Positions 14,401-26,400 of a stretch of 64,000 bases of DNA are shown here, piece after piece. Source of the DNA: Antedon mediterranea (lineage: Eukaryota; Animalia; Echinodermata); the NCBI RefSeq assembly GCF_964355755.1, contig NC_092677.1, forward strand, positions 12,422,101-12,486,100. The letters run 5' to 3'. Under the pieces are notes generated by a model. It was not told the origin of the DNA, did not search any database, and saw only the letters and a program-made list of their open reading frames with translations. Position 1 is the stretch's first letter; every line of letters begins with the position of its first letter. The position numbers and the translations under genes were made by a program.

Positions 14401-17400
14401 TCATAAAAAAATTAAAATCAGGACAGAGGTTCAGGAATGGAAAATAATCTATGTCAAATCTGAAATTATCATATTATTAGAATTTATGCTTATTTTTATA
14501 ATAAAGCACGTCATCATTTTCTCATCAATTTATTTCTCTTAAGCTCTGTCTATACTATCAAACTTTATGTGACAATAAAAAGTGCCCCATATATCATATC
14601 ACTACTACAGTATATTTGGGCATATCACTACCGTATTTGGGCATATCACTACCATATTTGGGTACATCACACTTTCTTTGTCAAACTACTATAATTTGAT
14701 ACTGTAGACAGCTGGAGCTTTACATGCAGATTGTTCCTCGATAATACTGTACATTGTATTCTGTTCATTTCATATATATATATATATATATATTCATATA
14801 AAGAGTTGATGTTACTGTACCATTCTTTCTACTTAAGTTGTTTTAATTCTTCCTTAATACATTTATATAGTTTCTCTTGATGGTCCTTCTTTAAAAGAGT
14901 TATATAGTTCCATGATAAATATATCACTTTTCATCAATTTTACAGTATTGGTTGTTCTTAAAAGTAGTTTTGTGTTAAATATATCGTCTCCACTCTACTG
15001 TATACCATTATCTCTCCACTTTAACCTTTTCAACAATTTTTTAAGGTCTCTCTTTAATGCAAAGAGACTGTATGATTCCATAATATTATAGCATCGTTCC
15101 ACCTCTTCCTGTGTCCCATTCATTAGTTATTACTACTTAGGCCTTGATAGATATCTTCACTAACTTACACACATTGTCAACAGGAAAGGATTTTATGTTT
15201 CAACTAAATTGAAATAGTCAGTAATAACATATTCTGGAAATACTGTCTTATCAGTTTCCATTGAAAAGTAATTTCCCTCTTGTCCTTGTAGCCATTGATT
15301 TTAAACGCTTAAAATAATTAAGTAAAAGGGAAAGACTTGACATAATTCAGGAAGGCATTGCGCTACCTTCATTATTTCTTTAAATATCAATGCTTGTTTT
15401 GCTTTCTTTCTCCGCAAACTTCCTTCCATTACTACTCAAAGTTTTGACATTTATTTTGATTGTGATAAAACAATGCATTGGTTAAAAATAATATTTGTAG
15501 CGTGAAACTTCATGTGCGATATGCTTGCTTGATTTTGATGTCCTTGGCAATCGTTTAGTTTATTATTCAGAAAGTTGTTTATCATCGCTCATTTAACGCG
15601 AAGATCATCACAATGTTTGTATGGACTTATTTTTCTCGTTTGGTTTTTATACTTTTAAAGTTGTGAAATACTAGTTAAAGGTTTGTATAGTGTTTTGAAA
15701 AATTTTATTTACCTACTTGAAGTTTTTAAAAAAATGTTGTAAAAGTAACAAAAAGATCATTTACTTTTAGACATTTCAAGTTGAATATTCAGAAAATTTT
15801 AGTGTCTTTTTTTGTATTTTTTCAAAACAAAACTGGTTACATGTATTATTAATTTAAATGTTATGATAGTTAATTATTCCAAATAATATTCAATACATTG
15901 TTGCTAGAAAGTAATAATGTGTTGGATCATATTAATTGAGAAATACAAGGCGTCATTGCCGAAAAAAAACTTTAGATATTTTGATTGTCTGAATTTTTTC
16001 CTTTCAGTACCATGACTCAAACTTGTGGGTAAGATTTTGAATTGGTTGCATTAATTTCAGTTTCTGTAATCAAATTATTTTTGATAATCATAATTATATA
16101 AAATATTCTAGTACAAGATTTCTCATAATCTTTTGTATTATACAGTATAACAATATAACTTTTTATATAATGTCATAATTCCTCATTAAATATTTCAAAC
16201 TCGAGATCATATCTATTGATTTTTTTTAATGATGTTATTGTTGTAAACATATTTTTTAAATGACAACAGAAGCTTAAAAGACGTAACAGTGACCCCGACC
16301 CCTTAAAATGACGCACTTTCCTTTCAAAACTCAATTACGTGTGATAAAAGACGTCTTAGGAATAGTTACATGTGACGATAAGTAATCAAACTTGTGGATG
16401 ATTACTACACAAGTGTGAACTAATATGGTTACAAGCAATTTTTACATATAATATTAATAGTTGATAAATAAAATATATATTAATATAAAAGGCAAATTAC
16501 TGAAGAAAAATGTCAATGTTGTGGGTATCAGTGGCTGGATCTCAATGGACATACAAAATAAAATAAGCAAAAAGCTAAATAAAAACAGAAAAATTAGCAG
16601 AGCTTTCGGGCAACACTAGCCCTTCATATATGAATAAATTAAGAGTCAGTCAACTTTAATTTTATATGGTCCATATCGTTAGAACTTTTCTCCAAGGCAT
16701 GTAACTTTTTTATAAGCAATTTCTTCATAGAAAAATGGGTTTGCTGTACACCATGTTTTTCCAAAAGGAAATGGTACTACAAAAGTAAATTGAGAATTTC
16801 GCAACGTTTTGTAGGTTATGCTACTGTCTGTTGGAGTAAAGGCAATTAGTAAATGAAGAGAACCTTTACTCCAGGAGACAGTTGTAGCAAAACAACCAAA
16901 ACGTGTAGACATTCTAAATTTTAAAAACACATGGTGTACCACAAATCATACTTACTAATGTTTATTAGCACAAATTAAAAAAATATTACAAACACCAGTG
17001 GATGGCATCCAAATTTATTTTTTCGCGCCACGCCTTTAGGTAGTTATATAGTCCAGCGAACGAAAATATTACACAACAGTATTAATGCGGAAACTATTAC
17101 TGTACGAAGGCTGGAAAAAATTTGTAAACTCGGACTGGCCATACGCACACCCTAAAGCACGTCTGTGAGGAAAGAGTCTACTCAACTCAACTCAACTCAA
17201 CGTAAACATTTATTTTCTTTCTTTCATTCAATAATAAAACAAATGAATAAGGTATTAAAAAAAGTAAGTACGAGTTACAAATAATACATTTCATTAATAT
17301 AATATATAAACACGACAGGCAAAGAACATTAGTTCTAAACCGCCCGGTGATGTACTGAAATTTTAATTAATTAATTTGAAACGATAAAGATGAGGAAATA

Positions 17401-20400
17401 TAATATAAATATATAGCCTATATAGACTATTTTTAGTTACATACATATATAAATATACATATTTATATATATAAACAAATCAAGCAAAGAACATTAACAT
17501 TAATTTAATTATTTATTTGTATATATATGCATATATGTACACACACACCTATATATATGTATATATACATATATACATACATACATACACACAAACTCAT
17601 CAGTCTATGAAATACCTCCATGATTTAGTGAGGGAAAAACAATAATTAAAACTTTCAATGAGTCTAGGCATAGAAATATTATAATATCTCTATGGTCTTG
17701 CGCCTTTTTTTGTAAGAAATTTTTCTTGTTTGAGTTTAATTCATCTTGTCTTTGGCCTTATGACATAGGTGAATACTGCCCTCTATACTCAACAAACTTT
17801 TTGCAATTCAGCTTCCCAATACATAGTTTCTTATAGAAGGTGTCTTAAAGGTTTGGGTGGTTTAGTCTTAGCATCTGTACCTTAACATTTCTTTAGGAAA
17901 TCATTTACCCATTGCCGGTGAGCTTATGGAAATCCTGGATTAGGCATGAATGTTATGCTTTGGCAAGTAAATGTTAGTAAAGCTTTATTATGCATTAAAA
18001 GGGAAGGAAATGAGGATAATTCAGGTGTGAAAGTCAAGGATAATCAAGAGGATTTATATAACAACTGCTAAACCAAAGTCACAGGCCTAGGGTGCCAAAA
18101 AAAGTCTGTTAAAGTAGAACCCCTATAAGAACACCTTTAGGACTAGTTGCGTAACGCACAGGGCAAAGGCCCTGGTTTAGCACTGCTAATGGGCGCTCTT
18201 GCATTGGACTGCACATGCTCTAGGACCCTTAAGCTCTGGAGTCCTGGGTTTAGCCAGTGAGCACTCATAGCCGTTACACCACTGTTTGGGACCAACAACA
18301 TATCCCCTTCTGTAGGTGTGTCTCCTGAATATGGGTTAGCCGAATGTTTGCTCCTCATCCTTTCACGAGAAAATGTTCCCAGAGTAAAGGTGTCCTGTGA
18401 ATAGGGATGTCTTAAATGAGTTTAGAATCTTGAGGATTTTTACCTATTTCTAATAAAGTCCATTATATATGTGTTTAAATAGTTTATCAGTACAATATAT
18501 CTATATATAATATATCTATAAATTCACAGAAAAGTAAAAATAAGTTCTATATCCTTGTCATTTCTACACCTACAATGTAAACAATGACTGGAGCCAACTT
18601 TGTCTAGCTGTTCTCGTTTAACACTGCCCCCTTTCTACAAATTAAATGCACCAGTAGTTAATCATTTTTGTAAACAGTAAGCAAGACAATACGATCTAAT
18701 CATTTATTTTTTTTCACATACCCTTCCCTTTGTTACACCTGCAACCATTTTGTAAGAATATCTGCTTATGGTATTACTATAGAAGTAAAACTGCATTAAG
18801 TTACTAAATATTATCAAGTATTAAATTACTAAATACTCTGATAAAACTTAATAAAATGTTAATCTTATCCGATAGTTTAACTTTTAAAAGCTTAACCTAA
18901 ATACCAATTGCATATAATATCTTTATCACTAAAATCTTATATAGAAAAAAGGGATTATGAAAATGTTTATATAACTGATGTCTTATTATACTGTACTTAT
19001 ACTATAGACATAAATTTATGTTATCTAACAATATCTGTAATATTAGTTGCTTTGTCTGTTAAAAGCAAGGCGTCTTGGTGTTCCATTTAGCACGGTGGCG
19101 GGTTTAATTCAGTGACCTGTACTGGCCAGTCAATTATTCATAACAAAATTTATACATGCTTAAATCTTAGATGATGGCCAGTAAAATTGAATTTGGGCAA
19201 ATAACTACTAGCCCAGGGTTCTAGTTAAAAAAGTAAGGATGACCCTTGGCAGATGTATTTATACACTGTTTTGGAAACTTGGGTTATTACCTACAAAATA
19301 GTGAATTAACCGTGATTCCGGCCACTGGTCCTTGACGTAGACGCAACATAGGGAAATTGACCATTCAAAAGCAAAGCTTGAATAACCCATCGCTTGTGTT
19401 CAAATCACTTGCGTTGCATTTACGTTGTAGTGGGAAACCAAACAGAACCAAGGAAGAGTGTTCACTCTTCCCTGGTTATAACATAGCTACTGTATATGAT
19501 TTTGTTTGTTTTGACTGTCTAAATTGTATGATGTGATGGCAAGATACAAAACAATCAATCGTATTGAATACATTTATCCATATAATGCTGATTGCGTTTT
19601 TATGGATGTTTAATTTATGTATTGAGTTTCAGTAAACAACAGTTTAATTATCGACCTTCAAATTAATTACAATCTTCCAGGAAAACTTAAAACCAACAAG
19701 CTTGTATTTTCCTGTTCATTTAAGTTATCATAAACAATTTATCCTTTTACCTACATTTTGGTCGTCGTATTGTTAACAAATAATAATGTTCTTTAGATCT
19801 GAGTGAAAAATGGAACAATAGGACCAAGCTATTAATATTTTTCATTTTTGCTTCCTGTATTAATTAAACTTCTCACAAATTGGAACCGCAAACCTGCAGC
19901 TGTGGTCTGGTTTATTTATTATTTCTTCATTAAAGAGCTTTACACCCAACAGCCAATGGCACAGACTGGTCCCTAACCAGTGGTGTAGTGCAGAGGCCTG
20001 CAGCCACTGGTTTAGGGATCCTAAGTGGCCTTTCAATGCTGAAAGTCTTGGATGTTTTTAGCCTTTTTGAATATAATGCCTGCCCAGCGGCATGCGCCCA
20101 TAAGCTTCAGGGCCCCTGGGTCTAACCAGTGAGCATTCATAGCCGTCTTATGCCCATTTCTCTGACCCATGCCTCAAACATATTGTATACCCTTTACCCG
20201 CTTTTAACATGATTTACCTTTATTTATAAAATCAATTCTATAACAATCAATATTTTCCAAATTTATTTGATATAATTACAGTAACTTAGTCAGTTCTGTA
20301 AAAAAAGGAGAGAACTTCTACATACTGCCCTTAGTGTCCCTGACCCACAGAAATATCGAGAGTAACAACCAACGTCAACTCCAAAACCCAGATCAATTGT

Positions 20401-23400
20401 CCCCCACGCCAGAAAAAAAAACGGGTGTCACGAAAGCTCAGACCACGAAAGCTCAGACCCCCTAAGACCTAAGATCACGAAAGCTAAGACCCAACACCTA
20501 AAATTACAAATATTTATCTTTCGCACCTGCCTTGTATTTTAACTCCCAACATTTATTCTGAATACCACACCTTAGAATTGGCACTTTCGTGAAAAAGAAT
20601 CACATAAAAAGTAACAAATACATTTTTAAATTGATGATTTTACAGACGTTTTTCTCGCACACAAAATGACTAGCCTACAGTACAGTAGGCCTACCCCATG
20701 GGCCATGTTCAATGTTTTTGTTTCTATGGAACGTCAAAAGAGCAAAAATTATATAGAGGGCTGAAAACTCTGTGGAGTCCATCTACAGTGTGGATGGAAC
20801 AATGTAAAATTAAAATTGTAATGATAATAGTATAATCATGCAAGTACGAAGAAATAAATACTGGCAAATAAATTTTAATTTAAAAATCATGATAAGTTTT
20901 TTTGTTTCGTTTTCTTTCTGTTTTTATACTTGTACTATTATTGTTGCTCTTTTGGCGCTCCATAGAAACAAAAACATTGAGCATGGGGAGCTCGAGGAGT
21001 TACATTGTCATTACAGTATACAAAGAAACACATCTGTAAAATCATCAATTTAAAGGATTTATTTATTTGTTATTATGTGTTTCTCCTTCTGAAAGTACTT
21101 ATAAGTCCTAATTTTAAAGTGTGGTGTTGAGGATAAAGTTAGTCAACAAATTTGGAGTCAAAATACAAGAAAGGCAGGTGCGCAAGAAAAACATCCTCTG
21201 AAGCAACACAATGGAGTAAATATATACCAACAAACAACCCGTCAAGTTTGTTTGTTGTAAAGAAAAAATATACATTTACTCAACGGGCGAAAATAATGTG
21301 AGTTTATCTATGTTTTGCGGTAGTATTAAATTATATTTATAATAATAAATGAAACCTACTGTGTTTAAAATTATGTATGGATAAACAAGTATTGTTTTTA
21401 AGCTGTAGTATATCTTAGTATTTGTAATCTTAGGTGTTGGGTCTTAGCTTTCGTGATCTTAGGTCTTAGGTGGTCTGAGCTTTCGTGGTCTGAGCTTTCG
21501 TGACACCCGAAAAAAAACTCCCTGGATCACCTTCTGATCCATTGTATCCTTTAACAAGTAATATCGGCACCTTTTACTTTTATAAAAGTAATGAATTAAA
21601 CACATGTTAGATTAAAGAACCTGTCCGCTGTATTTCTATAATGACCTTCTTTCTTTTATCAACCATACAGGAAACTTAATCGATTTAAAATCTTAGATTT
21701 GAATAGAGGTTTTCTAATAAGCACATTGCGCACTTCCTTCTGAGATAGTGATAAGAAATCTCCATGCGGAATATTATGATGAAATAATATTTTTATAATA
21801 TTTATGCTTGAACTAATAAAGGTTCAACAATTAAACTTCTGAATTGTATTAGTGTATATTGGAAATTGGTTTACAGCATTCACCGATACTATACATAGCA
21901 TTGTTTTAAACAATGAACAGTAAGTTAAAAAAAATTAAGGGAAAATGTAAGAGATAGTATGGTACAATTGTTATTGAGAGAAAGGAAAAATAAACTTTCA
22001 TTGATTCATTGATTCATTGAAGAAAACTTTCATTGCCTCATTCCTTTAATGGGACATTAAGCTGATGGTCACGTGTACATTGCATGCACAACAAGAGTGA
22101 GTCTTAAGCTCTGTCCACACTATCAAACTAGTAAAATATGGTAAGTGATATGATGTCATCATGTCCATATATGGGCACATAACATTTTTTTGTCACATAA
22201 AATGTTATAGTACAGACAAGACTTTTATCGTGGTATGCATTGCTGTGCCTACCTGTAGCAGTACTCTATCCAATAAGACTATTTTTCTGAATTAATATAA
22301 CATTTTCTATTTTTATAGACTACCACAGTAAATAAGTGGTGGCTGTGGATCAACATGTTTGTTTTTACCAGAGCCTAATATCCTAATAATGTCAATCAAT
22401 TGCTAATGAACTTTTCCAAAATAAAAAACAAGATGTGGTGTGGACAACCTAGCTCCTCGTCCGCACACAGTGATTTTTGTATTCCACAAATGTTCAAGTT
22501 TTGCCATCAAAAAGTGAGGAAGACCATCCCTCTAAAAAGTATGTTTGATCTGCAAAAGTGAATATAGACACATTTTAGAATTTAAAGACCCCTTCCCTGC
22601 AATTTTTGACGTTTTTTGGAAAATAATACATATATCACTTTAAAAACATTAAACCATGTCATTCCTTGTCTTAAATGTACGTTTTATGGTAAATTGTGAT
22701 AAAAAGTGAGAAACAATGCACTACCTAAGTAGCTCGCGGCGATCGACCTCTCGTGGACGGTCTTAGGCCTAGCCTAGCTAGGCTTAGTTTTGTAGGCCTA
22801 GCTGGTAAACATCGGTAACGTACGAACATCATACGATAGCTATATACCTAGCCTGACGTTGTATAGTTGCTGCATTAATTGTCTTTCTATTTTTGCCAGA
22901 CTCCGTTGATACAAATTGGGGAAAACCCGGTATTTTCGCTGAAAAGTTAAGAGTCTTCCATTTGTTTTGGCCACACGATCGTTCGAAAAGTGGGCGAATT
23001 ACAGGTGAAAAACAAAAATATCAATCCGCACGCAATGCATTTTGGGATTTATAGCGGGCCGCTATAATTATTAGAATCGACTTATTTTTCACATTTTTAA
23101 CCGTTTAAAGATGAAAAAAGTTATCGCAATAGGACCATATAGTATTATTTTTACATTAATATATAGTTTGTGATCTTAGATCTAAAAAACGTAGGGAAGG
23201 GGGCTTTAATAATCTAATAATCACATTTATTTATAGTGTTACAATATTATGCCAGTATGTTATGTTATAAGAATTCAAATAGCAATGACCTTTTTGTAAC
23301 CTCTAGACCCTTATTACCTTTGCCAACTTTACTTTCCCAGATTCTACCCCACAGGTCTTCAGTCAAGCCCTATACACAACTTGACACCATAGTAACGACC

Positions 23401-26400
23401 TTTGACATGTAACAATTTGTTGAGAATTAAGTGAGAGTGATGATAAGTTTTGGTTTCAATGGTTGATGTATTGTTGCATTTTATGTCTTGTTTCCTAGTT
23501 GCTTGCAATTACGGTAAACTTCTATATGCCCTGGATATTCCTGTTATTTATTGTAAATCTCATTATGATTGTAAGAGTGCTTCACTACAGTGCGTTATAT
23601 AAGACACTGGGCAGATTGTAAGTGTTAGCATATTTGTACTTAATCAGTATTATTTATAATAATTGTGTTAAAAAACCACATTAATATGTAAAAACGTTTC
23701 ACAAAGCAAAGCTTTCCAGATTTTTTGTTACGTTTTTTAAAAGATTAAAAAACATTGCTGTTTTGAAATGTGTGTAATATTAGAAAACCTACTAGAGAAA
23801 GCAAAGTGACATATCAATAATAATATGATAAATTTATTTTTTAAATATTGAACCTACCTTTAGGGGTGGATCTCGACATCACTGTATCATAAATGATCTT
23901 ATCTTATCTTGTTCTCGCCTAGGGTTCTTACGGAAATGGCTAGAGCCTGCAATTATTGACTTGAACTTATGACTTTGGAAACGTACCTCGTGCCCCGTCC
24001 TTGACTTTCCATCTTTATTATCCTGATGCATCATTTAGTTAAATATAAAAACATTATGTTAGTTTGCATTTTCACACAGTAATTAATATTGGGAATATGG
24101 ATGGATATGGATAGCATTTATAGTTTGAAGATAACAGATTAACCAGTAGTGTAAATGATTACTGTTTTAACTTACGGCCAATCCATTCAGAGAATGTTAG
24201 GTGCCAAAGGAATCCTCTTAATAGTGGCTCTATTCTAATCAGTAATCACTGGTTGAAGTTAATTTAAAAAACTGAATTGAAAATTACAAATGCAGTATTA
24301 AATTTTACCATGCAGAAAATATGACAAAGATAGCAACAATTTATCTTGTAAATTTACTGAAGTGAGAGTCTTTTTCAATTGTTTTCTAATTTCGGCATCA
24401 TGCATTAAGTTGATTCCTTTGCAAAAGCGATATTAAAAAAGCTACCGAAATAAAAACGGAGTCTGGTCAGCTGTCGGGTATTTTAAAACCGTTTGTGATC
24501 TCGTAAATCCAACCTAGCATGAGGACACATTGGATGCCTGATTGCTTGTTTAATTGGTTCATTAGACAGTGATACTAATTTAATATCTAGATAATATTGA
24601 ATTATGATATAACAGTAGAATCTCCTTTGGGAGGCACCTATTCTGTGGATGGGACACCTATTCTGTGGATGGGACACCTATTCTGTGGATGGGACACCTA
24701 TTCTGTGGATGGGACACCTATTCTGTGGATGGGACACAGTATTCTGTGGATGGGACACCTATTCTGTGGATGGAACACCTACAGTATTCTGTGGATGGGA
24801 CACCTATTCTGTGGATGGAACACCTACAGTATTCTGTGGATGGAACACCTACAGTATTCTGTGGATGGAACACCTACAGTATTCTGTGGATGGAACACCT
24901 ACAGTATTCTGTGGATGGGTCACCTATTCTGTGTATAGGACACCACTGTTAAAGGGTCATTTTTCTGGGAGGAAAAGCACCACGGCCCTCTTTTTCAGAT
25001 AATAAAAAGGGAACCCCTATTGAAAGAGAACTTGGTTGGGTTCTAAAGTGTCCCCTCAGGCCCGTAGCCCCTTTTGCGCGAACCCCCCTTTTACCAGCGA
25101 ACCCCCCTTGAAAAACAAAGGCCCCACTTCCAAAATCGTGCAATTAATTATCAATTATAGCAGATTTTTTGGTCATTTTACTTCTATTGACTATGTTTAA
25201 ATCGATCGAATATACAGATTGTCCGATGTCAAAGTCACTGCTGAGCGTCAGATCGAGAGATTGTTGAGAGATGATGGTTATAAATATGACAGAAAAATGG
25301 ACTGACCAATCGCGTGCTTTGGCCGGGCTTTTCGGAACGCACAAGATCAAGTTCAGTTCAGTTCAATCTTTTTGGGGATTTTTATTTTTTTCCTGGAAAT
25401 ATTTTTCATTAAACCAAAGAATTTCACTGTGTAAACTTGAATAAAAATGGTGCTGAGTTAAATTGGTACGTGTACGTAGGCCTACCGAATATTTCGGTGT
25501 ATAAGACGCACTTTTGACACGCAAATTTGACCTCTAAATGTTACCCGAATTAATTTAATTACCTACTAATACTTAAATTAATTAAAAATAGTGTACTACT
25601 CTGCAATGTAGGCCTAGCTAGTTACTCACTTCTGTCTAACCACAGTGTGGTAACAAGTTTATTGAATTTTTAGTTAGGCTAAGGTAAATTGTCATCCTCG
25701 ACTGTATTAATATTACAGTACGCATTAGATATTCTACCCAGGCCTAGTAATACTCTCTGAACTCGCGGGTGTGTATTCTAGCAGCATGCAGCGTCACAGC
25801 GCAACACATTTATGGAAGAGTCCATTAATTACGGTGGTGTCACATTTTAATTACACAATAACTATTTCCCTTGATCACGGTGGTTTATTTTTATTACATC
25901 TCTATGTCAACAATCACATAATTTTATAATCATGTAGGCAATAGTTTGTATGTCAAGCGATATCTAAAAGAGTGTGTTGTTATTGTGTTAAGTAGCTTCC
26001 CCTAATCTCATAGTGTATATGGCCAACAGTGCTGGACACCAGGCAAGGAGCACTGCTCTCCTCTCCTCATATTGCTGTAATGCATGCATGGAAATAGGAA
26101 AGATTTTCATATAGGCCTACCCAGCATGATATTCCTGGTTCATTATCAGCCCAAAAAACTGAACATCATTTGGATTGATTTTATAATGGTCATACACACA
26201 ATAAGAAGGTATATATTTAAGTAATATGAAATTAAAGTTACTTAAATAGATATAGGCTAGCCCTACCCACACAGTGCATCGTAACTGAAACAATATGGGG
26301 ATTTCCCTTTTCATTGACCGTTCAGTTGAAGTAGAGACTGATTACGATGTAATAAAGGCAATCAAACAAAATTATATCATTTGATTCTAATAAATATGTC

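Noticed and set aside
24597-25002. Three overlapping repetitive ORFs (MGHLFCGWDTYSVDGTP...)
   Set aside because: They are translations of a stop-free minisatellite inside a MITE.
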